A program made the position numbers and the translations under genes. 64,000 nt of DNA from Sphingomonadales bacterium (lineage in GTDB: Bacteria > Pseudomonadota > Alphaproteobacteria > Sphingomonadales > Sphingomonadaceae), in assembly GCA_027489365.1 (NCBI GenBank), contig JAIXZV010000321.1, forward strand, positions 1,379 through 65,378, given 5' to 3'. Shown here piece after piece: positions 10,991 to 20,539 of the stretch. The notes beneath the pieces were generated by a model, which saw only the letters and a list, made by a program, of their open reading frames with translations, had not been told where the DNA came from and made no database searches. How positions within the stretch are numbered: position 1 is the first letter of the stretch; each line of letters begins with the position of its first letter.

Positions 10991-11277
10991 GTGCCAACCC
11001 CGCCATGCCCCTCTCGGGGCGATCAACTCTGTGAGGAGGCAACTGCCCGGCGTGCGACCGTCGACTGTCCAAAGCGACGACCGCCTGTACCGACGGACGC
11101 GTGTCTCCTCGCGGGAAGGACGCCGCGGGCGATCAAATACCGGACAGGATTTGCACGATTGCCGAAGAAATTTTGCGCGCGCGGCGTGTCGCGGGAAGGT
11201 TGCCGTCGTGCTTCCAGGTAAGCAGGCGCGCGTTGACGCCTGCTTCGTGCGCCGCTTGCGTGCTTTCCTCGGGGGGC

Positions 11278-11895
11278 TCAGTCGGCGAGATCGACCCGCA
11301 GCAACGCGGCGACATGTTTGAAGGCGCGTTCGGGGGCGATGCGATCCTCCTCGCGCAGCATTTCATCGACCGCAAAACCGAGCTCGACCGCCAGCCGGAG
11401 GCGTTGCCACAGATCGCCGCGATCGACGTGCGGCAGGTGCCGCGCATAGGCGGCGACGAGCTGATCGGTCACATACCGGTGCGATTCGAGGCGGACATGC
11501 ACCAGTTGCGGCGTGGCGTGCAGCGCGCGCAGGATCCACACCGCACCCGGTTCCGACTGCGTGACGGCAGCGGTTTCGTGGAGCAATTCCTCGACCCCGT
11601 CGCGCAACGCGTCCACGCCGTGATCGACATGGCGCGCGATCCATTGTTCGAGCACGACGTTCTGCCGCGCCATCAGACGCCGCCCAAGCGCCTCCAGCAC
11701 CGCGTATTTTCCGTCGAAATAGCGATACAATGCGGGCGGCGTCAGCTTGGCGCGGGCGCAAATCATATTGGTCGAAATGCGATCGATCCCGACCTCGGCC
11801 AGCAGCGTGCCCGCAACGTCGAGCAAGCGCTCATAGGTCAGATGTGCGCGTTCCTGCTTGGGTTGCGCGCGTTTCGAAACAACGGGGGGCGTCAT
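11278..11895 (-). CDS. TetR/AcrR family regulator
   Basis: PKQERAHLTYERLL...STNMICARAKLTPPALYRYFDGK HTH; last gene of the operon (ATGA overlap). Confidence 0.92.
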   Translation of the reverse strand: MTPPVVSKRAQPKQERAHLTYERLLDVAGTLLAEVGIDRISTNMICARAKLTPPALYRYFDGKYAVLEALGRRLMARQNVVLEQWIARHVDHGVDALRDGVEELLHETAAVTQSEPGAVWILRALHATPQLVHVRLESHRYVTDQLVAAYARHLPHVDRGDLWQRLRLAVELGFAVDEMLREEDRIAPERAFKHVAALLRVDLAD

Positions 11896-13010
11896 GCGTC
11901 GGCGCTATGACGCACCGATCCGGCAATCACCAGCGCCAACACCGCCACAATGAGGCAAATCGCCCCGAACAGCACCACCGGCGCGACATCGCTGTCGGTG
12001 ACGAGTGCGCTCGCGAGCAGCGGGCCAAGGCTCGATCCGAGCAATTGCGCGCCCCCGATCAGGTGCGCCGACCGCCGCGTCGGATCGGCGGCGATGACGA
12101 GCGGCACCTGAAACGGCATCGCGAACAGCCACAGGAAACCGAACAGCGCGCTCGCCACAACGAACAGGCCAGGCGGTGCCGCCGCCATCGCCGCGAGCAA
12201 GCCAAGGTTGAGTGCTCCCACGCACACGATCGTCGTGCGTGGCGGTACGCGCCCCGCAAGCACCGTCGCGGCGCCAGCGCCGATCACTTGCATCGCGAGC
12301 GACAGCGGCACGATCAGATGCACCGTCCGCGTCGGCACGCCGCGCTGCAGCGCGAGCGGCTCGATATAGACCCACACGGCCACAACGAAGGCGAGGTAGA
12401 GCAGGACACCGGCCAAAGCGAGCAGCCCGCGTCCGCGCGGCAGCGTCCCGTCAGCCGCATCTCCGCCGCTGACGGCGTGCGCATCGGGCATCCACCACAC
12501 CGCCAGAATGCCCGCGAGCGTCACCACGCCGAGCGTGCCGAACCCACCGCTACTGCTCGCGGCGAACAGCCCAATGATAGTAGCGAGCGCGCATTGGGCG
12601 AGCGTCTGGAGCGCAAGATAGATTCCCGACCAGCGCTCGGGTCGGGCAGTGCCGACGATGAAGCCGATCGCGATCCAGATCAGCACGCCCTCGCCGAGAC
12701 CGGCGGCGATCCGCACGGCGAAAATGCCGCCGCCACTGCATAGCGGCGTCGCAAGATCGAGCAGCCCGGTTGCCAGCAACGCGCACAGCGCGATCGCGCG
12801 CAACCGGTTCGCTGGCAGGATGAAGCTCGCGGCACCGGCGGCGATCCCCATCGCCAGCAATTCCACCGTGGCAAGGCCCCCCAGCGCCGCCACCGACAGC
12901 CGCCCTTCGAGCGCCAGCGCACCGAGCAGTTGCGGCTGCAACCCGGCGATCAAAACGCCGATCACGCCGACGACCAAGATGGCCGCGACGTGACCGGCGC
13001 GGGGCGTCAC
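11892..13010 (-). CDS. MFS transporter
   Basis: About 12 hydrophobic segments; GTG start overlaps the upstream stop (GTGA). Confidence 0.8.
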   Translation of the reverse strand: MTPRAGHVAAILVVGVIGVLIAGLQPQLLGALALEGRLSVAALGGLATVELLAMGIAAGAASFILPANRLRAIALCALLATGLLDLATPLCSGGGIFAVRIAAGLGEGVLIWIAIGFIVGTARPERWSGIYLALQTLAQCALATIIGLFAASSSGGFGTLGVVTLAGILAVWWMPDAHAVSGGDAADGTLPRGRGLLALAGVLLYLAFVVAVWVYIEPLALQRGVPTRTVHLIVPLSLAMQVIGAGAATVLAGRVPPRTTIVCVGALNLGLLAAMAAAPPGLFVVASALFGFLWLFAMPFQVPLVIAADPTRRSAHLIGGAQLLGSSLGPLLASALVTDSDVAPVVLFGAICLIVAVLALVIAGSVRHSADA

Positions 13011-14149
13011 CGTGCGCGCCCGCGCGCGCTGACCGGCCAGATCTCGACCAGCGTCCCGCCCCGCACGACATGATAGTTGTCGTAAAGATTCACCGTCGGG
13101 TCGCAATGCGGCACCGTCAGGCTCACCGCATCCCCCGGACGCAGCGTCGTGCCGATCCCCGGCGCGACCAAAGCGGCATGTTCGTCGCCCATGAACACGA
13201 ACATCGCATCTGCCGGTGCGCCGCTGCACACCTGTGCCGCGCCGCCATCGGTCGACAGCGCTTTGAAACCGGCGTCGATCGTCACCAGCGCATCGTGATT
13301 GGCGCTGACCACGCGTGCATCGACCGCAAGCGACGGGGCGAACGGGGTGGTGCCGTCGCCGACAAGATCGCAATCGAGATATTGCTTGTCCATGAAGACA
13401 TACGACCCGGCCTGAAGCTCGGTAAAAACGCCGAGCTCAAGATCGATACGGTGCGTGCCCGTGCCCGATCCCGTGACGATTTCCGGCGGATAGCCAGCCT
13501 CGATCAGCGCGGCGATGACGCTCGACAGATAAGCGGTGCGCTCGACGATCGCGGTACGGCGCGCGGCATAGTCCTCGATATGCTGCTGGATCCCGCAATA
13601 GCATTGCACCCCGCGCAGCGTGATGTTGTCGCACACCGCGATCGCGTCGGCGAGCGCGACCGCCGCCTCGGGCGACGCCACACCGGTGCGGCGGATGCCG
13701 GGATCAATGTCGATCACCACGTCAAGCGTCGTACCCGCTTCGGCCAGCGCGTGCTGAAGCCGTGCGACCACGCCGGGATCATCCACCGCTGCCATCAGCC
13801 CTGCACTGCGCCCGGCCAACGCCGCCAGTCGGACGATCGCCGCCGGTGCGGCGACCGGCGAGGTGATCAGCAGCCCGTCGATACCGCCATCGGCGAACAC
13901 TTCCGCTTCGCCGATCTTGGCGCAGCACAGGCCGACCGCGCCCTGCGCGATCTGGCGCCGCGCGATGTCGACGCTTTTGTGCGTCTTGCCGTGCGGCCGG
14001 AGCGCGACGCCGTGCCCGGTGGCCAGCGCCTGCATCGCCGCGATGTTGGCATCGAGTTGATCAATATCGAGCACCAGTACCGGCGTGTTGAGCGAAGCGC
14101 GCGACCCTTGCTGGCCGATCAAAGCGCCGTGGAGTTCAAGATCGTCCAT
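13007..14149 (-). CDS. DSD1-family fold-type III PLP enzyme (D-threonine aldolase-like)
   Basis: TPVLVLD, LRPHGKTHK (PLP Lys), GSGTGT, ELQAGSYVFMD, DEH, PHCDPTVNL. Confidence 0.9.
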   Translation of the reverse strand: MDDLELHGALIGQQGSRASLNTPVLVLDIDQLDANIAAMQALATGHGVALRPHGKTHKSVDIARRQIAQGAVGLCCAKIGEAEVFADGGIDGLLITSPVAAPAAIVRLAALAGRSAGLMAAVDDPGVVARLQHALAEAGTTLDVVIDIDPGIRRTGVASPEAAVALADAIAVCDNITLRGVQCYCGIQQHIEDYAARRTAIVERTAYLSSVIAALIEAGYPPEIVTGSGTGTHRIDLELGVFTELQAGSYVFMDKQYLDCDLVGDGTTPFAPSLAVDARVVSANHDALVTIDAGFKALSTDGGAAQVCSGAPADAMFVFMGDEHAALVAPGIGTTLRPGDAVSLTVPHCDPTVNLYDNYHVVRGGTLVEIWPVSARGRAR

Positions 14150-15402
14150 CAGGAAAACAGCTCGGCCAAATGGGGGTTGAGGAACTTGCCCGACGGATCG
14201 GCGGCGCGGCGCACGGCGCGGTAACGCTCCGCCATCGGGTACAATATGTCGACATCGGCGCGCTTGAGCGTGTGGCGCTTGGCCCAATGCGGCCGCCCGC
14301 CGCCCGCACGAAAGATCGCCTCGGCCTCGCCGAACAGATCGCGCCACGGCATTTTGGCATATTGGTGCATCGAAATCGCCGCAACCGGCCCGGCGTTCAT
14401 CGGGCTCATCCAGATGTCATCGGCCGCGACGACGCGATATTCGAACGGGAAGGCGACCGGCAACCGCTTGCGCCGGATCCAGCCGACGACTTCTTCGAGT
14501 GTCTCCAGCCCAATCGCGCGCGGCATTTCATATTCCATTTCCTCAAACGGAATCGTGCGGTCCGACGGGAAGATCGCGTGCGCCGGGCCGCGCCGTCCGC
14601 CATCCATATCGGTCTTCATCATCAGCCGCTGGAGCGTCGGGATCAGCGGCGGAACCCAGGCGCCGAGATTGAGCAGGCGCCGGAACATGGCCTCGTCCAC
14701 GTCGGACGTCGATCGCGGCGGATCGCACGGGTCGGTCAGCTCGAGCGTCTTCAGGATCACGCTATCGGCATGGGGAAAGAGCCAGAACTCGACATGGCGC
14801 TGCTGCGTCACCAGCTCGTCATAGCGTTCGCGGACTTCGCCCCACGGCTTCTTCTCGATCCGTTCGGACAGATGGAAGGCCGGTATCACATCCACGACGA
14901 TCTCGGTCGCGATGCCGAACATGCCGAGCGACAGACGCTGCGCTTCGTACAGGTCGGGGTTGGTGTCGACATCGCACCAGACCGCTTCGCCATCGGCACC
15001 GATCAGCCGGAAGCCGCGCGCGAAGGTCGACAGGCTGCCGAGCTCTGGCCCGGTGCCGTGCGTGCCCGTCGCCATTGCCCCCGCCAGCGCCTGCGGATTG
15101 ACGTCGCCCTGATTAGCAAGCGCGAGGCCCTGCGCGAACAGTGCTGCGGTTAGCCGCTTGATGCTCCATCCTGCGGGGATGCGCGCGGTGCGGCGGTCGG
15201 GCGCGACGGTCAGCGCGCCCGCCATATCTTCCAGGCTGACGATGATGCCGCTGGAATCGCAAAGCGGCATGAACGAATGCCCCGCCCCGACCGCGCGGAC
15301 GCTGGTCGCGCCGCGCACCATCTGTCCGAGCTCCGCTTCGCTGGTCGGCCGTAAGACCGGCGCGGTGCTGCCGACGCTGCCCGACCAATTTGACCAGCTC
15401 AT
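14149..15402 (-). CDS. FAD-linked oxidase, D-arabinono-1,4-lactone oxidase family
   Basis: WSNWSG, VGAGHSF (covalent-FAD His), ATGTHGTG, FEEMEYE, GRPHWAK, DPSGKFLN; no signal peptide visible. Confidence 0.9.
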   Translation of the reverse strand: MSWSNWSGSVGSTAPVLRPTSEAELGQMVRGATSVRAVGAGHSFMPLCDSSGIIVSLEDMAGALTVAPDRRTARIPAGWSIKRLTAALFAQGLALANQGDVNPQALAGAMATGTHGTGPELGSLSTFARGFRLIGADGEAVWCDVDTNPDLYEAQRLSLGMFGIATEIVVDVIPAFHLSERIEKKPWGEVRERYDELVTQQRHVEFWLFPHADSVILKTLELTDPCDPPRSTSDVDEAMFRRLLNLGAWVPPLIPTLQRLMMKTDMDGGRRGPAHAIFPSDRTIPFEEMEYEMPRAIGLETLEEVVGWIRRKRLPVAFPFEYRVVAADDIWMSPMNAGPVAAISMHQYAKMPWRDLFGEAEAIFRAGGGRPHWAKRHTLKRADVDILYPMAERYRAVRRAADPSGKFLNPHLAELFS

Positions 15403-16706
15403 TGCGCCGGTGCCCGTTCCGGCCCGTTCACCGCGTCACACTTGCCCTTCATCATCGCGATGTAGCGGGTGACGAGCGCAAGCCCCTCGCCATGCGCCAG
15501 CGTGCGGCCGACTTCGGGCATCATCTCGCCCGGATCGGTGCTGGCGAGCCGATAGGTCAGGATCGAGCGATCGGGCTGCCCCGGCACGACGTCGAAGGGC
15601 CGATCTCCGGTGCCGCGCCCGGCGGCGACCGGGGGCTTGCACAGGCCGAGAATGCGCGGATCGACGGTTTGCGCGTCCAACCACAGTCCGGAGGTGCGCG
15701 CCGCACCCACACGGTTGTGGCAATGGCTGCAATTGATGTCGAGATAGGCGCGCGCCTGCGCCACCGTCCCGGCTTTCTCGTCCTGCCAATTGGCATTGGC
15801 GGGCGGCGCCTGGCCCGGTACGCCGGTGAGATAGCCGACCGCCATCAGGCGACGCAGCTGGTTGATCTCCCCACCCTCACCCGGAAACACCCGGTCGAGG
15901 TGGCGCGCCTTGAGCCCGATCGGGTTGACCGCGCGCGTGCGGTAATCCTGCACATGGCAACCGGCGCATTGGTTCTGATTAGGCACGGTATAGCTGAACG
16001 CATCCCGGCGCGCGCCATCGACCAGGGTCAGCGGAACCTCCGCCCCGGTCCGCTCAAGCGTCGCGTCGCTGCCATCGGCGTTCCAGACATAGGGCAAGGC
16101 GACCCAGCCACTCGCGCGCTTCACCAGCAGCCGCGTTTCCATCAGCCGGACATGGCTGAGGTCGAGCCCCGTCACCCCGGTCTGGTACGCGGCGGGCGTG
16201 ACCTTGAGCACCTCGCCGCTGGCTTGCGGAACCGCGGCGCCGGCTGGCGTCGAATAATAGAAGGTCTTGGTGATGATCGTGCCGACCGGAAAATCGAACC
16301 ATTTATCCGGATCGTATTTCGCGTGGACCCCTTTGGGCATCCAGATCGTCCGCCATTTCTGCGCATAATCGCTGAACAGCGGGGTGTTGAGTTCGTACGT
16401 GACCATGCCTTCGCGCGGGGCAAGCCGCCCGTCGCTGCGGGTGAACAGCCCCCACTCCGAAAGCTTCGCGGGATTGTCCTCGGCATGAAACGTCACCACG
16501 CGCGGCGCACCGCCGCATCCCGCGAGCAGCAGCACCGCGAGCAGGACGAGGACCACAAGGATCGCTTCCCCGGCGAAGGCCGGGGCCCAGTCGCGGAACG
16601 CTGGGATGGCAGCGTTCCGCCCGGCCTCGTCAACCTTTCCGACTGGGCCCCGGCCTCCGCCGGGGAAGCGCGAACGGGAAAGGGGGTACGCGAACACGCT
16701 CTGCAT
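15399..16706 (-). CDS. SO2930-family diheme c-type cytochrome lipoprotein
   Basis: Lipobox LLAGC; YELNTPLFSDYAQKWR, FPVGTIITKTF; two CxxCH motifs (CAGCH, CSHCH); MMPEVGR. ATG overlaps the upstream stop. Confidence 0.85.
   Translation of the reverse strand: MQSVFAYPLSRSRFPGGGRGPVGKVDEAGRNAAIPAFRDWAPAFAGEAILVVLVLLAVLLLAGCGGAPRVVTFHAEDNPAKLSEWGLFTRSDGRLAPREGMVTYELNTPLFSDYAQKWRTIWMPKGVHAKYDPDKWFDFPVGTIITKTFYYSTPAGAAVPQASGEVLKVTPAAYQTGVTGLDLSHVRLMETRLLVKRASGWVALPYVWNADGSDATLERTGAEVPLTLVDGARRDAFSYTVPNQNQCAGCHVQDYRTRAVNPIGLKARHLDRVFPGEGGEINQLRRLMAVGYLTGVPGQAPPANANWQDEKAGTVAQARAYLDINCSHCHNRVGAARTSGLWLDAQTVDPRILGLCKPPVAAGRGTGDRPFDVVPGQPDRSILTYRLASTDPGEMMPEVGRTLAHGEGLALVTRYIAMMKGKCDAVNGPERAPAQ
16563..16670. 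repeat. 108-bp palindromic element (RPE-like) in frame within the cytochrome 5' region
   Basis: ~31-bp arms cgcttccccggcgaaggccggggcccagtcg / cgactgggccccggcctccgccggggaagcg (one mismatch) plus an inner 11-bp hairpin gcggaacgctg / cagcgttccgc. Confidence 0.88.
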
Positions 16707-17938
16707 CACGGCTTGCCACTGTCCTTCGTCATGGCTGCGGGGAGGGCAATTTCGGGAAGACGCGTGGCCGGCGCGCAATCCACCGACGTGTCGATCCGCG
16801 CTTTGGCGAACTTGCCCGGTCCATCGACATTCATCAGCTTCGCCGCGCCATTGCGCACGCAAATCCCGGGGGATTTAAGCTTCGGATTGACGAAGCCGTC
16901 CCACAGCACGTCGGGCAAACGTCCGCCCGCAAGCGCCTTCATCTCAGTGAAACGGCCACCGGGATCGTCGCCCCCGCCCGAAAAGCGGTTGCCGGTGACG
17001 AAGATGTTCTCAGGATACGGATCATAGGCCGCCGCGATCCCGTTCTTGGTATCGAAGCCGGTCGAGAAATAGCTCGAGATGATGACGTTGGCGGTCTTGT
17101 TATCCTTCAGGTCGTTGTCGAAAATCTCGACATCGTCGTTGGAATTGACGATCACCCCCGAGCCCGGCGGGACCGAGCTGACTGCGCTCCCTTTGGCGCC
17201 GAAATTGGCGTGGTTGTTGGCAAAAACGGTGTTCTTATAGACGCGCGTCTTGCTGCCCGGGACCGGCAGATTGGGCATGTTGAACACCAGGATGCCACCG
17301 GCATTGTCGGTCGCGGTGTTGCCATAGACATCGGCATGGCTCGAATTTTCGATCTCGATCCCCGCGACATTGCCCTCGGCGCGGTTGTTGCGGACGATGA
17401 TGTTGTTCGACTGGCCGACATAGATTCCGGCATCCGACGCGCCCTTCACCACCGAATCCTCGATCAGCACGTTGGTGACTTGCACCGGGTAGAGACCATA
17501 AGCGCCGTTGCTGGCCTTGGAGCCGCCGCTCCACGACGCGCGCACGCGGCGCATCACGGCATTCTTGGTGCCGTTGATCTTCAGCGCGTCGCCCTTGGTA
17601 TCCTCGAACGCCAGATCCTGGATCGTGAAGTCGTCGCCAGTGACCAGCATCCCCTCCGCGCCCGATGTCGCCTTGGCGAAGGACAGGATGGTTTTGTCCA
17701 TCCCCGCCCCCTTCACCGTCACGCCATTGGCGGTGAGGCTGAGGCTGCGGCTGAGCGCGTACTTCCCCGCCGGGATCGTCACCACATCACCGGGCTTGGC
17801 GTCGAGTAATTTGCCTTGCAGCGTCTTTTCGAAATCGGGGTCGATCACGAAGCCCTGCGCATCGGTCTTCGGCCCACCGCAACCGGCGAGCAGCGCGAGG
17901 CTCAAGCTGCCCCCCAGCACCAGGAGTTTCTTGTGCAT
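16706..17938 (-). CDS. Parallel beta-helix repeat lipoprotein, usual partner of SO2930-type cytochromes
   Basis: Lipobox LLAGC; NGAYGLYPV, GASDAGIYVGQS, NVAGIEIENS beta-helix repeats. Confidence 0.85.
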   Translation of the reverse strand: MHKKLLVLGGSLSLALLAGCGGPKTDAQGFVIDPDFEKTLQGKLLDAKPGDVVTIPAGKYALSRSLSLTANGVTVKGAGMDKTILSFAKATSGAEGMLVTGDDFTIQDLAFEDTKGDALKINGTKNAVMRRVRASWSGGSKASNGAYGLYPVQVTNVLIEDSVVKGASDAGIYVGQSNNIIVRNNRAEGNVAGIEIENSSHADVYGNTATDNAGGILVFNMPNLPVPGSKTRVYKNTVFANNHANFGAKGSAVSSVPPGSGVIVNSNDDVEIFDNDLKDNKTANVIISSYFSTGFDTKNGIAAAYDPYPENIFVTGNRFSGGGDDPGGRFTEMKALAGGRLPDVLWDGFVNPKLKSPGICVRNGAAKLMNVDGPGKFAKARIDTSVDCAPATRLPEIALPAAMTKDSGKP

Positions 17939-17948
17939 CTTTCTCTCC

Positions 17949-20381
17949 CTAAAATTTGAAGCCCAGCTCGACACCGTAGAAGCCCGGCCGCTCGGCGCGG
18001 ACATAGGGCGTCTGGAAGATGGCGGCCGAAATCGTGTTGAGCGTGCGGTAATATTTCTTGTTGAGCAGATTCTCGGCGTACACCGAGATCGACACATGGT
18101 CGCCCGGCAAGCGCCAGCCGATCCGCGCGTTGATGATGTTGCGCGCCGAGCGGAGCGCGCCGAGCTTGGAGAAATCGACGAACGGCGCGATCGCCGCGTC
18201 GGTCGCGCGCGTCGCGGCGTTGATCCGCGCCTTCGAGGTGTAGCTGTAGCTTGCGTCCGCAAACAGCGTACCCGCGCCGAAGTCATGCTTGTAATGCGCG
18301 CTGGCGACGCCGCGGAAGCTCGGCTCGCCGGTCGGCTGCCCGGAAATGTTCACGCCTTGCTCGATCCGCGTGACCCAGGTCGAATCGATCGCACCGGCGA
18401 CGAAACCGAGCGTCAGATCACGCGACACGACGAATTGGGTATCGAGATCGACGCCATACGCCTGCGAATCCCCCGATCGCGTAATGTACTGCGGCAAGGC
18501 GCTGCCGGTGTTTTCCAGGCTGATCGATTGGCGGTTGCGATATTTGAAATAATAGCCCGAAAGGTTGAACCGGACGCGGCGGTCGAACAGCTCGGATTTG
18601 AAGCCGCCCTCGAAATTCCACACCCGTTCGGGCGCGAAGAACGAGTTGATCTCGGTCGAATTATAGCCGCCAGCCTTATAGCCATGTGATGCCGATGCGT
18701 AGAGGTGCAGATCGGGGCTGGGATCATATTGCACGACGAAGCGCGGCGACACGTCGCTGAAGCTCGCGCGCCGCGTGAAGGGGACGCCCTCCAAGGCACC
18801 GACATCGAAAATCAGGCCGTTGGGGCCAACCGTAGCGCGAAAGAAGTCGGCGGCGCTGATCGATGCTCCGTTGGGAAAGGGCGATATGCCAAGGACCGCG
18901 TCGGTAATGGCATTGTACAGCGCGCCCGGCGCGTTCAGCGTCTCCAGCCCGGACGCGTCGAACCCACCGTTGAGCCACGTGAACTTCTTCAAATCGCGCG
19001 TGTAGCGGATGCCGGCGGTCAAGCTCAGCCGGTCCGAGACCTTGTAGGTCGCATCGCCAAACGCGGCGAGCGAATCGTTCGCCGCGCGGTTGTTCATATC
19101 CTCGCGGAATTGCTGGCCGAATACCGGCAAGCCGCCGAAGGTGTTGAGGATCGTGAAGACCGGGAAACCGGCCACCTGGCCGAGCAAGCGATCGACCGAG
19201 TCGCTCAGCAAGGTCGCCGCGCTGGTCTGCCGCCCGCGTTCGTGGAAATAGCTGCCGCCGACGATCGCGCTCAGCCGATCATTGTCGAAGCCGACGCGCA
19301 ACTCCTGGTACAGGCTGCTGTTCTTCTCGATATTCTCGGTGTCGAAATAGCGCGTCGGATCGGCAGTGCCGTCCTCATCCTCACGATTGTGCGTCTCGAA
19401 ATGCTTGAACGAGCTGATGCTGGTCAAGGTCAGCGGCCCGGTGCGGTGCGTCGCGGTGAACGACACCGCGTTTAGCAAGCGCGTTTCCTTGTCGCCGATC
19501 ACGTCGTTGGTGTAAGGCCCGGCTGGATCTTTGCTGAGCGCATTGTCGCTGATGCCGATCGCGAACGGGCCGTCCTTGGCAGTGTTATCGTGATCGTAGG
19601 CGAGCACGAAATCGGTCGCGTCGCTCGGCGCCCAGCGTAACGCGGCGCGCCCCGATTTGTTATTCTCGCTCTCGCGTCGCCGGCCGGTCAGCGCGTCCTT
19701 GAGATAGCCTTCGCGGTAATTGGCGACGCCGTTCAGGCGCAGGAACAGCGTATCGGTCAGCGGCAGATTGAGCGTCGCATCGCCGCGGACTTTCTTGAAA
19801 TTGCCGACTTGCACCGTGCCGCTCAACGAGCGCGTAGCGTTCGGCTTGTTGGTGATGATCGAGATCGCCCCGGCCGAGGTGTTGCGCCCGAACAGCGTGC
19901 CTTGCGGCCCCTTCAGCACTTCGACACGGGCGACATCGTTGAAGAAGATCAGCGATGAGCCCGATCGCCCCGAATAGATGCCGTCGACGAAGATGCCGAC
20001 CGAGGGATCGGTACCGATCCCGAAATCGTCGGTCGCCACGCCGCGGACGGTGAAGCTCGGCTGCGTGACCGAGGTATCGTTGATCGTCAGGCCAGGCGTG
20101 AAGGTGTCGAGGTCGCCGATCGATTCGGCGGTCAGCGCCGCGATGCTCGCGGAGGTAAAGGCAGTAACGCTGATCGGCACCTTCTGCAGCGATTGCTCGC
20201 GGCGCTGCGCGGTGACGACGATATCGGGCAGTTTTTCATTCTCCGGCCGTGCGCCGGGCGCCGGATCGGTGGCCGTTTGTCCGCGCGGCACCGCAGGATC
20301 GCCTTGTGTCTGCGCCGCAGCCGAATGGCTCCATGCCAGTGCCAGACCAGCGCAAAGCGTCGCGTATCGTCTCATACTCAT
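17949..20381 (-). CDS. TonB-dependent receptor
   Basis: Signal peptide, DIVVTAQRREQSLQKVPIS, EVLKGPQGTLFGRN, C-terminal GFKF. Confidence 0.95.
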   Translation of the reverse strand: MSMRRYATLCAGLALAWSHSAAAQTQGDPAVPRGQTATDPAPGARPENEKLPDIVVTAQRREQSLQKVPISVTAFTSASIAALTAESIGDLDTFTPGLTINDTSVTQPSFTVRGVATDDFGIGTDPSVGIFVDGIYSGRSGSSLIFFNDVARVEVLKGPQGTLFGRNTSAGAISIITNKPNATRSLSGTVQVGNFKKVRGDATLNLPLTDTLFLRLNGVANYREGYLKDALTGRRRESENNKSGRAALRWAPSDATDFVLAYDHDNTAKDGPFAIGISDNALSKDPAGPYTNDVIGDKETRLLNAVSFTATHRTGPLTLTSISSFKHFETHNREDEDGTADPTRYFDTENIEKNSSLYQELRVGFDNDRLSAIVGGSYFHERGRQTSAATLLSDSVDRLLGQVAGFPVFTILNTFGGLPVFGQQFREDMNNRAANDSLAAFGDATYKVSDRLSLTAGIRYTRDLKKFTWLNGGFDASGLETLNAPGALYNAITDAVLGISPFPNGASISAADFFRATVGPNGLIFDVGALEGVPFTRRASFSDVSPRFVVQYDPSPDLHLYASASHGYKAGGYNSTEINSFFAPERVWNFEGGFKSELFDRRVRFNLSGYYFKYRNRQSISLENTGSALPQYITRSGDSQAYGVDLDTQFVVSRDLTLGFVAGAIDSTWVTRIEQGVNISGQPTGEPSFRGVASAHYKHDFGAGTLFADASYSYTSKARINAATRATDAAIAPFVDFSKLGALRSARNIINARIGWRLPGDHVSISVYAENLLNKKYYRTLNTISAAIFQTPYVRAERPGFYGVELGFKF

Positions 20382-20395
20382 GCTCCCCCAACACG

Positions 20396-20437
20396 GTATC
20401 GATACGCAAGACTATCATAAACTATAGCGTACGCTAT
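20396..20437. promoter_or_regulatory. Palindromes upstream of the TonB-receptor operon (candidate TetR operator)
   Basis: gtatcgatac (20396-20405) and the perfect 14-bp atagcgtacgctat (20424-20437) in an AT-rich promoter region. Confidence 0.55.
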
Positions 20438-20539
20438 CCTTTTCTTGAAACATGCCTCGGGTGCAGATGTTTAGCTGGTCGCTGCAGCGTTCCGACGCCT
20501 TCATGCGCCGGAAAGCAGAGGCAATCCCAGCGATCCCGA

